The position numbers and the translations under genes were made by a program. Shown in pieces: positions 38,860-49,511 of a stretch of DNA of 64,000 bases (position 1 is its first letter; each line of letters begins with the position of its first letter). Source of the DNA: a virus (taxonomy: Duplodnaviria; Caudoviricetes); the IMG/VR virus record IMGVR_UViG_2868946205_000003. One strand, given 5' to 3'. Under the pieces are notes generated by a model. That model saw only the letters and a program-made list of their open reading frames with translations. It made no database searches and had not been told where the DNA came from.

Positions 38860-39440
38860 TGGCATCGCTTGACGCATTTCTGCCAGCGATCCGTAAGCAT
38901 ATTAGCGGTCCGCTAGACTTCATGATGCGGCAATCGGTACTGGAAGCTGCTATCACGTTTTGCCGCGAGTCGTTGTTTTGCCGTGAATCACTGGCGCTGG
39001 CAGAGATTGAAGCTGGTGTAACGCTCACGCTGACGGAGAGTTTGGAAGTGAAGTGCGTCAAGCGTTTGCGGGTCACCGATACCAGCAACCCTGATGATCC
39101 GTCCACACTGGTTGCGGGTGTAGATTTTACCGTGATTTCAGCGAATCACATCGCGTTTACGCGCCCGTTTGGCCACATCATCATTCTCTTTGCTGTGGAG
39201 CCCCGGCGTACTGCGGATGCGGTGCCGGATGCGTTGGCTGATGATTACACGGATGTGATTGCTGCCGGTGCGTTAGAAGACCTCTACTTGATGCCGGGCA
39301 AACCGTGGAGCGATCCGCAACGAGCCGCCTATTTTAGATCTATCTTCACCGACGGCTATCGACGAGCCTATCGTGATTCGCTTGATAACTCTCCGATAAC
39401 CGGCTTCCACAACCCCGTCCGTAAACACGAATTCTACTAA
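38859..39440 (+). CDS. Putative head-tail adaptor
   Basis: AAI.FC.ES, MPGKPWSDP motifs; position. Confidence 0.65.
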   Translation: MASLDAFLPAIRKHISGPLDFMMRQSVLEAAITFCRESLFCRESLALAEIEAGVTLTLTESLEVKCVKRLRVTDTSNPDDPSTLVAGVDFTVISANHIAFTRPFGHIIILFAVEPRRTADAVPDALADDYTDVIAAGALEDLYLMPGKPWSDPQRAAYFRSIFTDGYRRAYRDSLDNSPITGFHNPVRKHEFY

Positions 39441-40102
39441 TGACAACGATTAACGACATTATCGGCAGAGCAAACTCGCAACTGCTGGATTCGCTGTGGC
39501 TGCGCTGGCCTAAATCCGAACTTCTGGATTATTACAATGATGCGATTAACGCTGTCATCATCATTCGGCCAGATGCCGGGGCGTCAATTGAGACATTCGA
39601 TTGCGTGCCGGGTACGCGGCAACATTTGCCTGATGGTGCAATACGGTTGCTGGAAATTACGCGAGTCATCGGAGAACGTGCTATTCAGCCGTTTCCGCGT
39701 GACGCGCTCGATTATCAGTATCCCGATTGGCACAGCATTACGGGTCCGATTGAACGCTATTGTTACGACGAGCAGACGCCTAAAAGCTTCTTTGTATTCC
39801 CCGGCGCATTGGCGGGTGCCCAGTTGGAAATCAACGTAGCGCGTTTGCCTTCTCCTGCCAATATTGCCGATCTGTCGCCGCAGAACGCCCGGTCATTCCC
39901 TCTTGATGAACTATATTTTAACCCTGTTCTTGAATTCATCCTGTTTCGCGCCTACGGCAAAGACGCAGAAAACGGCAATAACGCGATGTTGTCATCCCAG
40001 CACTATCAAACCTTTGTCGATCTGCTGGGCGTTAAATCACAAACTGATACCGCTGCCGGGCAGAAAAAGCAGGCGCAATATAACGGGAGTTCGCAAGCGT
40101 GA
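39440..40102 (+). CDS. Adaptor / DUF6682-like virion protein
   Basis: RW...ELL.YYNDA..RPDA; GTRQ.LP. Confidence 0.7.
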   Translation: MTTINDIIGRANSQLLDSLWLRWPKSELLDYYNDAINAVIIIRPDAGASIETFDCVPGTRQHLPDGAIRLLEITRVIGERAIQPFPRDALDYQYPDWHSITGPIERYCYDEQTPKSFFVFPGALAGAQLEINVARLPSPANIADLSPQNARSFPLDELYFNPVLEFILFRAYGKDAENGNNAMLSSQHYQTFVDLLGVKSQTDTAAGQKKQAQYNGSSQA

Positions 40103-42411
40103 GTGTATTAATCAGTGGCGTGTTAATGAATCCGGCAGGTGTACCTGTTTCCGGTGCTGAAGTTACCTTTAGTGCACTGACCAACGGGCCCTCGGTATTG
40201 AACGGTTTCTCTGCATCCGTCATGACCGATCAGGATGGTAATTACTCTATTCCGTTGGAGATCTGCGAGTACGCCATTTCAATCCAGAGCGATGGTTACA
40301 ATTCGGTCTATGGTTCGGTTTCTATTAATGAGAAGTCGACACCGGCGACGATCAATGAATTATTAAAACTGGCAGCGATGGAACAAACCGTTACGCCAGC
40401 GATCATTGTCTATTTCCGCGAAATCCAAACCGACGTTGCCGCGAAGTTGGCTACGATACAGACGTTGGGTACTAATGCGGCAGATGCTGCGAGTACCGCC
40501 ATTGCAGCCAAAAATGAGGCAGTTCAGTACGCCCAGGCTCTCAGCGCGGCGGTAGCTCAGGCACAGCAAGCCAGCGCGTCAGCGACTGCTTCAGCCAATA
40601 CAGCTACGGCTGCTAAAAATTCGGCTGAGACGGCGGCGGGAAATGCTCAGGCAACATTTGCTGGTGCAATGAAGAAATCCGCCAACGGGGCTGATATTGT
40701 TAACCCTGCCGCGTTTCGTGAAAACATTGGCCTGAGTAATGCAATGCTGAAGGGGGAATTCGGCTGGGGCGGTAGTACGCCAAGCATCACTGCACCGACG
40801 TTAAATGATTTTTTCGTCATTAATAAAGCTGCCAGTGGTTTATACAGCGCTGACCCCGCCGTTGTTGCGGGGCTCCCGCCGGGCTACGGACCGTGCATTC
40901 TCACGTGGACTTCAGGAACCCTAGGGGCGTACGGCGAGTTAACGGCGGTCGATGTGACCAATAGCAACCATCGAGCCGCAAGAAACGTGCTCACCGCTGA
41001 GGTTTGGCAGGGCTGGGATTACATTCCGCAATATAAAAACGATGACCCCGGATTTGTTCGCAATGCACTCGCCAATGAATACCAAACTGAATCAGATTTT
41101 ATGTATTCATTACGTCTTCAGCAAAACATAGGCAGCAGCTTAGTTAACGGGGATAACTGGAGATCGTTCGTAAATGTCAGGCACCGAGGGGGCCAAGGCA
41201 CTGATAGTCCCGACTGGGGGTATGCAATTATCGATGAGAATATGACTCAGGGGAATTATAACTCGTTCAAATTGTGGAAGACCCAAGCCGGGGTGTGGCT
41301 ACCACCAGTAGTTTTATGGCATACAGGGAATTTGGCACCGTTTACGCTTGACACTGATCAGGATATAACAGGGGTGAAATACTTTCGAAGAGATGGCAAC
41401 GCTTTCAATTTGAGGCCGTCGCCAAACCATTCATCTTATATTTTTTGCCAGGACACCGCCGACAAAAATAAATGGTATATAGGGACAGGTGCAGACAACA
41501 GCAACAATGCCGAGTTTTACAATTATATTGGTAGAACAGGTATAGAATTGACTGCGTTTGGTGATGTTAATCTTGTGGCTCCCAGCAATGCTCTCATTAA
41601 CAATAATATTGTGTGGCATGAGGGGAATCTTCAGAAACCCGCAAACCTAAACACTAGTCAGACCTTTACTGGAGATAAAGTATTCACAACACAGACATCA
41701 GTACGCGGGGCTTGGCCTTCATTTTTATTTTTCAATTCAGATATTCCGCCAACAACAGTCGGACATTTAACACGCATTGAAATCAGCATAGACGGAGCTA
41801 TTACACTAATAAGTAGGAACGCAACAGACACTATCGGGCAGAGGGTTATAACATTCCCGAAAATAACTGGCGGAAACGTTCTAGTCACGGGCAATAACGT
41901 GGTAGCTGATTCGGGCGGATTCTATAAAACCGCATCTCCCGTCATCAACATCTACGCCGACGGTTCATTTACTACTACACATGAAGCGATTGGCGTTAAT
42001 GTCGAACGGTTGAGCGAGGGGGTTTATAAAATCACCGGCTGTCAGGGTATGCACTCGGATGCGGCGTGGAATGGTATAGACGGCGGCGTCAGCAATCCGA
42101 AATGCCGGAACGACAAAGCGCTGCTGTGGAACAATTATGAGGTCGCTGAGGACGGTTCCGTCACTGTCTACACGTTCCACCGAGTTCACCCTGATGCGAT
42201 GCCGTTTGCGCAAAACCGTTTGACGCTGGATAAACAGCCATTTGACGCTAAAAAGGGACACAAACTCGAAGAAACATGGCCGGATCAGTCGCCTATTGAT
42301 GTTCCACGCGGCGCATTCATTCAAGTCCGCGTGAACATGCCAGGGCGCATCGAGCCGTATCACGCAATCAGCCACAGCAACGTTTACTGCAATACTATAT
42401 TCCTCGCTTAG
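40099..42411 (+). CDS. Tail fibre of outer phage
   Basis: Stf-like N-terminus (ISGVL..PAG.P), Ala-rich coil, C-terminal GFYKTASP fibre domain. Confidence 0.88.
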   Translation: MSVLISGVLMNPAGVPVSGAEVTFSALTNGPSVLNGFSASVMTDQDGNYSIPLEICEYAISIQSDGYNSVYGSVSINEKSTPATINELLKLAAMEQTVTPAIIVYFREIQTDVAAKLATIQTLGTNAADAASTAIAAKNEAVQYAQALSAAVAQAQQASASATASANTATAAKNSAETAAGNAQATFAGAMKKSANGADIVNPAAFRENIGLSNAMLKGEFGWGGSTPSITAPTLNDFFVINKAASGLYSADPAVVAGLPPGYGPCILTWTSGTLGAYGELTAVDVTNSNHRAARNVLTAEVWQGWDYIPQYKNDDPGFVRNALANEYQTESDFMYSLRLQQNIGSSLVNGDNWRSFVNVRHRGGQGTDSPDWGYAIIDENMTQGNYNSFKLWKTQAGVWLPPVVLWHTGNLAPFTLDTDQDITGVKYFRRDGNAFNLRPSPNHSSYIFCQDTADKNKWYIGTGADNSNNAEFYNYIGRTGIELTAFGDVNLVAPSNALINNNIVWHEGNLQKPANLNTSQTFTGDKVFTTQTSVRGAWPSFLFFNSDIPPTTVGHLTRIEISIDGAITLISRNATDTIGQRVITFPKITGGNVLVTGNNVVADSGGFYKTASPVINIYADGSFTTTHEAIGVNVERLSEGVYKITGCQGMHSDAAWNGIDGGVSNPKCRNDKALLWNNYEVAEDGSVTVYTFHRVHPDAMPFAQNRLTLDKQPFDAKKGHKLEETWPDQSPIDVPRGAFIQVRVNMPGRIEPYHAISHSNVYCNTIFLA

Positions 42412-42461
42412 TAATGAAAATTAGTTTTTTTAATTAATGGGATAAGAAAGACGTCCATCAA

Positions 42462-42511
42462 TTGACATCAACGGGAATATTACATACAGTTTTTACTGTA
42501 TGTATGTACAG
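42462..42511 (+). promoter_or_regulatory. Sigma70 promoter with LexA (SOS) box
   Basis: TTGACA-17-TACAGT, then CTGTATGTATGTACAG at 42496-42511. Confidence 0.9.
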
Positions 42512-42557
42512 TGAAATTGTTTTTAATTTCCATTTGACTAATCAAGGATATATTATC

Positions 42558-43886
42558 ATGACACAACCTTCATATTACAAAGATGGCGTTCCCTTTGATT
42601 CTACTGGGCAGGTAATTATTACGATCACAGGGGGGCCGACAGGTTCTTATCTAAATCCGTCATCAAATCCTAATGCATCAAGACCGGTATATGTAAACTG
42701 GCCAGGAATTAATGTTCCACATGGAGGCGGTGGGATTGTGAATTATAATCCTCGTAATCTACCTTTTTCCGGTTTATATTCCCTCCGAGAAGGGCAGAAG
42801 AAAATTAATCAATTTTTGGAGCAAGCTAGAAATGCCTACCCGAAAAATGTTGAGCAAGTAAAAGAAGAAGCAAACACGCTATTAAAAAACTTAAGAGAAT
42901 CAGGGCTTATTGGTAACTCTGAAATTAATTTAGCCGCAAACTCTCTACAGGAATCTGTCGACTCCTTGCAGGTAAATATTGAGTTAACCAAGTCGGGGGA
43001 GCTGCTAGTTAATAGTAAAACAAATGAGACTGAAAAAACTTTCATTGATTTTATGAATAACAATAAACTTTCGAATTTTATCGGAAAACCTGACGATATG
43101 ATTGATTTGGCTATAGCGACTACCGGCCAATGGTTTCATCGGTTATGGGATAGAACTGTACCACCAACGTTCGTTGAGGAAATTAAAGAAAAAAATAATC
43201 TTGTGACTTATCTTGATCGAGTGAAAATCGTAAATGATGATGTGTTAGATAAAAAAGAAAAATTAAATAACATTAAAAATTCATTTGAGGTCGAAAATGA
43301 GGTGCTTACAAAAACCAGTGAATTAATTGTAGGGATGGGGCAGGAAGTTGGTAGTCATTTAGGTGATAAGTATAAAGCTATCGCGGATGAAATAGCTGGT
43401 GATATCAGAAATTTTCAGGGAAAGAAAATCAGAAGTTTTGATGATGCGATGAAATCATTAGATAAAATCACATCAAATCCAGAAATGAAAATCAATAAAT
43501 CCGATAGGGACGCACTTATTAATGCATGGAAACATGTTGATGCCCAAGATATGGCAAATAAACTTGGCAACCTTGGCAAGGCGTTCAAGGTAGCAGACGT
43601 GGTGATAAAAATCGGAAAGGTTAGAGAAAAAAGCATTGAGGGCTATGAGACTGGCAACTGGAGCCCATTAATGTTAGAGGTGGAATCTTGGGTGTTGAGT
43701 GGGGTTGCATCTGGTGTTGCGTTGGGGATCCTTGCTTACGTAGCTCCAGCTATTGCAATGACTGTAGGATTGCCTGTGTCCGCGATAATGATAGCAGGGA
43801 TTATAGGGATTGGTTTGGTAGCATCATTTATAGATGACAAATTTGCTGATAAATTAAATAATGAACTAATTCGCCCTGTGCATTAA
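42558..43886 (+). CDS. Pore-forming colicin-like bacteriocin (colicin A-type pore domain)
   Basis: C-terminus IRSFDDAM..DAQDMANKLGNL..EGYETGNW.PLMLEVESW..IDDKFAD.LNNE.IRP; ATG 42558 with AAGGA RBS. Confidence 0.93.
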   Translation: MTQPSYYKDGVPFDSTGQVIITITGGPTGSYLNPSSNPNASRPVYVNWPGINVPHGGGGIVNYNPRNLPFSGLYSLREGQKKINQFLEQARNAYPKNVEQVKEEANTLLKNLRESGLIGNSEINLAANSLQESVDSLQVNIELTKSGELLVNSKTNETEKTFIDFMNNNKLSNFIGKPDDMIDLAIATTGQWFHRLWDRTVPPTFVEEIKEKNNLVTYLDRVKIVNDDVLDKKEKLNNIKNSFEVENEVLTKTSELIVGMGQEVGSHLGDKYKAIADEIAGDIRNFQGKKIRSFDDAMKSLDKITSNPEMKINKSDRDALINAWKHVDAQDMANKLGNLGKAFKVADVVIKIGKVREKSIEGYETGNWSPLMLEVESWVLSGVASGVALGILAYVAPAIAMTVGLPVSAIMIAGIIGIGLVASFIDDKFADKLNNELIRPVH

Positions 43887-43892
43887 ACATTG

Positions 43893-43915
43893 TGGCAGGT
43901 GGCTGACACCTGCCA
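43893..43915. terminator. Hairpin between convergent toxin and immunity genes
   Basis: TGGCAGGTG-GCTGA-CACCTGCCA. Confidence 0.65.
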
Positions 43916-43957
43916 TTTAACATTATCAATGTTTAACTATGACTTTTGTTATCTTTA

Positions 43958-44467
43958 TCACTTTCCTTTGAAAAAAGAAATAATAAAACTAAGATAATAT
44001 ACGGTAAAAATATAACAAACTGAAAATATTGAAATATAGAAAAATGTAAGTAGATAGTCATTTTCCGATATTACCTTTAGCCAGTTCCTTGAATCATTAA
44101 GTTCCTTGTTGTGAGCTAGTAATAAAATTGTGATTGTGAAGTACAAAACTGAAAATAAAATAAATACCCAGACTAATTTTTGGGTTGTCATTATTTTCTT
44201 GAATTCAAAGTGGCGGTATGATACTGCTATGAATAACAACGCCAGTAATGGTGATGCTTTGCAGTAAATATCCATGGCCTTACTCATTAGCAGGCTTTTA
44301 TTGGATGTGATTGTTGGGAGGTTTTTGAAAGTTGCAGCGAATTCATTAAGGATTAGAGCATCGGGGTTGTTTAAATGAATGATGAGGATTATGAATAAAG
44401 GTATTATTCCAATAATCAGTAAAAAAAACATTCTTTTCTCAATGCTATCGGTTCCTTGTTTACTCAT
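43958..44467 (-). CDS. Colicin A-type (Cai-like) immunity protein
   Basis: 169 aa, four hydrophobic segments, SKAMDIYCKASP motif, convergent with the toxin. Confidence 0.88.
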   Translation of the reverse strand: MSKQGTDSIEKRMFFLLIIGIIPLFIILIIHLNNPDALILNEFAATFKNLPTITSNKSLLMSKAMDIYCKASPLLALLFIAVSYRHFEFKKIMTTQKLVWVFILFSVLYFTITILLLAHNKELNDSRNWLKVISENDYLLTFFYISIFSVCYIFTVYYLSFIISFFKGK

Positions 44468-44680
44468 TTTTTAATCCCTCCAAGTATGTAAAGTTTGATG
44501 CATGGTTTTTAACTATGAAGAAATAGGATACTATTTTTAGTAAAAAGAAGTAAATTTGAATAATCTCAATGTTTGCATTTCTGATTAAATCTATGGTGCT
44601 GCTTGTGATTCATGAAGCAATTGAGCACTTATGCTAACAGGGGAGCACAGAATATGAGTTTATTTAGTGGCTGTTAAGCC

Positions 44681-44751
44681 TTGCCACAGTGAGTTATACG
44701 CGCTAAATTCCCCAAAGATACCAAGCCTCGCCTTAAAAGCGGGGCTTTTTT
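44681..44751 (+). promoter_or_regulatory. Promoter + short leader + terminator cassette, copy 1
   Basis: TTGCCA-17-TAAATT then AGCCTCGC/GCGGGGCT + T tract. Confidence 0.7.
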
Positions 44752-44772
44752 GTTTTCTGTTTCAGGATACCC

Positions 44773-46398
44773 ATGGCGACCATCGATATCACCACAATGC
44801 GCGGAACTATGCCACGCGTTGCTGAACACCTTTTGCCTGAATCTAACGCGACGGTAGCGGAGAACTGTCACTTTCGGCATGGCGTTATCACTCCTATGCT
44901 GGATGATACCGACCAGGGCAAGACCTTCACCTTCAAGCCCAAAACGATATTCCACTATCGAGATAGTTTTTGGTTTGCCTGGAGCAAGATCGTTGACGCG
45001 ATCCGCAGTCCGGTCGCCAATGATGATTATGGGCGCGTTTACTATACCGACGATGAATTTCCAAAGGTTACCTCTGCGCAGGTCGCGACGGGCGGCAACG
45101 GCAATTATCCCGCCGCTTTTTTCCGTCTTGGCGTCCCGGTCCCAGCTAACGCGATCGTCATTGGCACAATCACGCCACCGGCTGACGTTAAAGAAGATGA
45201 TCCTACTGATGATGAAACGCGTTTCTACACTGAAACCTATGTCACGGCATATGGTGAAGAGGGTCCGCCGGGGCCCGCCTCTGCGGAGCTGACGATAAAG
45301 TATTCTGGTAGTTCGATAGAACTACATTTGCAGCCGCCCGGACAGCAGAACAACAATATAACCAAACGCCGGATTTATCGTTCGGCGACCAGCAGTCAAG
45401 CGGCTGATTTCTTATTGGTGGCTGAACTGGACATTGCCGTTGGCGTATTTGTTGACGGTCTGTCAGATGCTCAGCTTAGCGCTTCACTGGAGACTTACGA
45501 TTATTACATGCCGCCGGATGGCATGATCGGCTTGTGCATGATGTCTAACGGCATTGCTGCTGGTTTTAAAGGCAATCAGGTGATGTTCAGTGAAGCCTAT
45601 TTGCCTTACGCATGGAAAGACAGCAACAAGCAGACCACGCAGGATGATGTTGTCGCGATCGCGCCAATAGGCACAACGTTGGTCGTCGGTACGAAAGGCA
45701 TTCCCTATATTTTTTCAGGCATTACGCCGTCGAATATCACATCAACGCATTCCCTGATCGCGCTGTCCTGCGTCTCACGCCAATCGATGGTAACGATGGA
45801 TGGCTTTGCTTTGTATGCCTCACCGAATGGTCTTGTTTCTATCAGTGCCGATGGCGCGGCAGCGATTGCCACGGCGAATATCATTGAGGCTAAGCAGTGG
45901 CGGAAAGATTTTAATCCGACAACTCTCCGAGCTTGGCGCGTGGAAAATGAATATCTGGCGTTGTATGACACAGATAACGGCGTGGCTGGGTTTATCTTCG
46001 ATCCTGCCAGCATGGATATTCGCCACATCACGACATCGTTTGATACAGCCTATAACGATCCATCTGGTGACACGCTCTATATCGTGAAAGGGCGGCAGCT
46101 ATATACGTTTAATGATGGCGCTTTCAACCTGAATATGCGCTGGCGGTCAAAGCAATATCTGGCTCCGGCGAATACGGCCTTTTCCTGCCTGCGAGTGATG
46201 AGTAATGCGTTATCGCACGTCGGCGTCATTCTGCATGTCGATGGTCGCGCAGCGTTGCATTTGCCGCCGGGCAGCCTGCGAGAGTCGTTAGTTAAGCTGC
46301 CTCCGATTCGTGGTAAACGCTGGCAGGTTGAAGTCTACGGCAGCGTGCAGGTTGACCGGATTACGTTAACTACATCGATGCAGGAAATGACAGCATGA
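44773..46398 (+). CDS. Putative tail nozzle/tubular protein
   Basis: 541 aa beta-rich; FSEAYLPYAW motif; position. Confidence 0.65.
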   Translation: MATIDITTMRGTMPRVAEHLLPESNATVAENCHFRHGVITPMLDDTDQGKTFTFKPKTIFHYRDSFWFAWSKIVDAIRSPVANDDYGRVYYTDDEFPKVTSAQVATGGNGNYPAAFFRLGVPVPANAIVIGTITPPADVKEDDPTDDETRFYTETYVTAYGEEGPPGPASAELTIKYSGSSIELHLQPPGQQNNNITKRRIYRSATSSQAADFLLVAELDIAVGVFVDGLSDAQLSASLETYDYYMPPDGMIGLCMMSNGIAAGFKGNQVMFSEAYLPYAWKDSNKQTTQDDVVAIAPIGTTLVVGTKGIPYIFSGITPSNITSTHSLIALSCVSRQSMVTMDGFALYASPNGLVSISADGAAAIATANIIEAKQWRKDFNPTTLRAWRVENEYLALYDTDNGVAGFIFDPASMDIRHITTSFDTAYNDPSGDTLYIVKGRQLYTFNDGAFNLNMRWRSKQYLAPANTAFSCLRVMSNALSHVGVILHVDGRAALHLPPGSLRESLVKLPPIRGKRWQVEVYGSVQVDRITLTTSMQEMTA

Positions 46399-48059
46399 CG
46401 GCAAAGTTTAGAGCAGGTAAAGATCAGACGGCGGTTTTAGAGAATGTTGAAACGCTGACAGGCCAGCGTGGTGACGGACGCAATCGTGCGGTGACGTATG
46501 GTGATTTGGCAACGCTTGGTCTGGCTAATTTGCGTCAGCTCGGGGGTGGAAAGGTTGCTTTGACGCACGGTAATGGTTCGGGTGGTTCAAATGCAGGCGG
46601 CGGCGTGCAGAAGCCATCTAAACCTACTAATTTCAAAGCGACAGGCGGCTTCGCTTACGTGTTGCTTGAGTGGGACATGCCTAATTATCGCGGTCGGTCG
46701 CTGACGGAAATCTATCGTTCTCCTGAAGACAACCTGGCAAATGCTGTGCTGATCGCCAGCTCTGCGGCTGGTGTTTACGGCGACCCCGTAGATCCCGATT
46801 GGAAAGGGTACTACTGGATACGGCATGTTAATTCATTGGGCGATCCGGGACCGTTCAATGATTCAAAAGGTACTTTTGCACAAACACATCCCGATCCGGC
46901 GGCCATCATTGATGTTATTAAGGAGCAGTTAAATAAATCGCCACTGATTTCCAATCTTACTGAGAAGCTGGAAACAAATATAAAAAATATTGGCACGGTT
47001 GATTCAAACGTAAAAATATTGTCTGAGTCTGTTAACAAACAAAACAGTGCTATGGCAAAGCGGGTAACCGATGTTGAAACGTCATCACAAACCAATGCGT
47101 CAGCAGTAAGGGAGTTATCGCAGTCGGTATCTGAACGGTTTTCATCATCAGCAGAACGTGTTGAAAAGGTAGAAGCTGCAACGAGAGAAAATAATGCAGT
47201 GGTGCAGACAAACGCAAAAGCCATCACTGAAATAGATAAAAATGGCTCAGCGTCATATCGGGCGATGTGGAGTGCGAAAGCGCAAGCCGGAGATGTGACG
47301 GCAGGAATTGGTATTGTGGCCGGTCGTGATGCAAACGGTAATACCATTAGCCAGGTCGCGGTAGCTGCCAATCAATTCTTTATCTTCGACCCTAATCATC
47401 CCAACGATAAAACCACCTATGCGATCCCCTTTGCCGTCGTGGATGGCAAAGTGGTTATTGATGAATTGATCGCCAAAGATGCCGTAATTAAAATATTGGC
47501 TGCGCAAACTATTATTGCTGACAGCGTGAAGGCAGGAATTGAAATAGTTTCTCCGTTCATCAAAACAGCGCGGATTGAGAGCGGTAATTTCACCGTTGAT
47601 CAGAACGGTAATATGACAGCTAAAAATGCCAAGATTGAAGGTGAGATAACTGCAACATCGGGTTCATTTACAGGTACGGTAAATGCAAAAGACGGTGTGT
47701 TTCGCGGAACGGTTTATGCAACAGATGGAGAATTTAGCGGAACGGTTTATGCAAATAAGATTGTAGGCGATGTCGTTAAGCCCATAATTCATGCAATCGG
47801 CTCAACAACGATTATACCGGCTGAGCCCTTTATAAGGCGGATTTTTTCATCTCCTGTAGTTCTGGCGACCAACGCCCCAAATGGTACTGTAAACATTTAC
47901 TTTAATGGTAATAACGTTATGTCTGCATCTGCTGGCGGCGGAAGGTATAACAATGCGATAGCGATAGGTGTAATTTCTGCTAATGAGGAATTTAAAATAA
48001 CAAGCGATCGCTGGGGCGAATCTCCACCGCAGGTTGTGTTTACAGTAATGAAATTTTAA
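46395..48059 (+). CDS. Tail tip/fibre protein with DUF1983/J-like C-terminal region
   Basis: YYWIRHVN..G..GP (FnIII-like), AGIGI..VAANQF..PFAVVDGKV, F.GTV.A repeats. Confidence 0.7.
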   Translation: MTAKFRAGKDQTAVLENVETLTGQRGDGRNRAVTYGDLATLGLANLRQLGGGKVALTHGNGSGGSNAGGGVQKPSKPTNFKATGGFAYVLLEWDMPNYRGRSLTEIYRSPEDNLANAVLIASSAAGVYGDPVDPDWKGYYWIRHVNSLGDPGPFNDSKGTFAQTHPDPAAIIDVIKEQLNKSPLISNLTEKLETNIKNIGTVDSNVKILSESVNKQNSAMAKRVTDVETSSQTNASAVRELSQSVSERFSSSAERVEKVEAATRENNAVVQTNAKAITEIDKNGSASYRAMWSAKAQAGDVTAGIGIVAGRDANGNTISQVAVAANQFFIFDPNHPNDKTTYAIPFAVVDGKVVIDELIAKDAVIKILAAQTIIADSVKAGIEIVSPFIKTARIESGNFTVDQNGNMTAKNAKIEGEITATSGSFTGTVNAKDGVFRGTVYATDGEFSGTVYANKIVGDVVKPIIHAIGSTTIIPAEPFIRRIFSSPVVLATNAPNGTVNIYFNGNNVMSASAGGGRYNNAIAIGVISANEEFKITSDRWGESPPQVVFTVMKF

Positions 48060-48080
48060 TGGCTAAATTGAATTTAAATT

Positions 48081-48452
48081 ATGACAGAAATTGTGAAACA
48101 ACTAATTAGTCGCGTCTCAATAGACAGCCGAGAGCCCAACTTAATCACCAACATCCAAAACGCCTGCCGTAAAAAGCAGGCGTTTTGCTTTGGTACGGAT
48201 GATACGCGGATTGTTCTGCGGCCACTGAGTTACTACGGAATCCCATACGTGGTTGTGTGGCTGGGTGTCAGCACAAGAAAAGATGCACTGACCTACTGGC
48301 TGCCTCATGTTCAAGAGTTAACGCGTATGGCAGGTGGACGTTGGGCTGAGTTCTACACGGCAAGAAAGGGGTTCATTCGGGTAGCGCGGCGTCTTGGATT
48401 TGAGCGTCTTCCTGATGAGTTCGGGTTAATGAAATTCAAGATATCAGTATGA
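48081..48452 (+). CDS. Small virion-associated protein (GNAT-like fold possible)
   Basis: EF.TARKGF.R.ARRLGF; precedes ejection genes. Confidence 0.55.
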   Translation: MTEIVKQLISRVSIDSREPNLITNIQNACRKKQAFCFGTDDTRIVLRPLSYYGIPYVVVWLGVSTRKDALTYWLPHVQELTRMAGGRWAEFYTARKGFIRVARRLGFERLPDEFGLMKFKISV

Positions 48453-48460
48453 GGTGATAT

Positions 48461-49129
48461 GTGGGAAAAGGTGGCGGTGGCAGTACAGAGGTTAAGGAAA
48501 CATCCCAGCAAGCGGCGGCGGCTGGTGTCGCGCGGCAACAATGGGATCTCTACCAGAACGAGCTGAAACCCTATGAAAACTTGTTCATGGATAAGGTAGA
48601 AGGGCTTAACGATCAGCAGAAGTACGACGGCATTGCTGGCGATGTCAATCTGGGCTATCAACAACAGTTTGGTCAGGCCAGACGGCAAGCGGCCGATGGC
48701 CTTGCATCGATAGGTGTCGATCCCAGCAGCGGTAAGTTCCAGTCAACGCTTAAGGATGTGGCGACCGATCAAGTAGCTGGCTCAATTGATGCGACGAACC
48801 GTTCCCAGACCGACCAGCAGAATAAGTATGTTGCCGGTTTGCAAGATGTTCAGGCAATGGGCGCGGGGCAAAAAGCGGAGGCGATGCAAGGCTATCAGGG
48901 GATCGCGGCAGCGTCGCAGCAGAAAGCGATTTCGGATGCACAGAGTTCCCTTTCCAAACAGCAGGCTAGTAAAGGGTTGATTGGAACCATTGGTGGTGCG
49001 CTGGTTAGTCAGGGGCTATCTAGCTTACCAAAGAGTACGCCAACGCCAACAGGTGGCAGCTCCAGCGGTGTATTTGGGGTTTCTGATACGCCATTTATGA
49101 GTACAAATTTTAGAAATATTGGGGGATAG
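48461..49129 (+). CDS. Putative DNA ejection protein
   Basis: MGKGGGGS start, Q/A/G-rich. Confidence 0.6.
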   Translation: MGKGGGGSTEVKETSQQAAAAGVARQQWDLYQNELKPYENLFMDKVEGLNDQQKYDGIAGDVNLGYQQQFGQARRQAADGLASIGVDPSSGKFQSTLKDVATDQVAGSIDATNRSQTDQQNKYVAGLQDVQAMGAGQKAEAMQGYQGIAAASQQKAISDAQSSLSKQQASKGLIGTIGGALVSQGLSSLPKSTPTPTGGSSSGVFGVSDTPFMSTNFRNIGG

Positions 49130-49130
49130 G

Positions 49131-49511
49131 ATGGGCTACGCATCGGATACGTTCGCTGACGTTACGCGCAAACAATATGCCGACTGGCAGCAGCGATACT
49201 TCCCAAAGCTACAAGGCCTGATGGATTTATCAACCAGTGGGCAACTGATGAACAACCAGTTGGTTCGGGCAGATGCGACGCAGCAACAGGCGCTGAATAC
49301 GGCAACCGTCGGTTCTGCTAATCAGCAGGCTCGTTATGGGGCAACTCAACAAATAAATCAAAATGATAACAGCCTTGGACTTAAATCTGCACTCGCCGCC
49401 GCAGGGGCGAAAAACGGTATTCGTGATGCAGAAACGGATCGGCAGATGAGCATCTTGACCGGCGGTTCTACTGGGCTGCGCGAACTTCTCAAAATTGGGA
49501 GTGAAACATAA
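49131..49511 (+). CDS. Putative ejection protein
   Basis: Q/A-rich, operonic. Confidence 0.55.
   Translation: MGYASDTFADVTRKQYADWQQRYFPKLQGLMDLSTSGQLMNNQLVRADATQQQALNTATVGSANQQARYGATQQINQNDNSLGLKSALAAAGAKNGIRDAETDRQMSILTGGSTGLRELLKIGSET

Noticed and set aside
42462-42557. N-terminal extension of the colicin in the ORF track
   Set aside because: The TTG is the promoter -35 and the stretch holds the -10 and LexA box; ATG 42558 has an RBS
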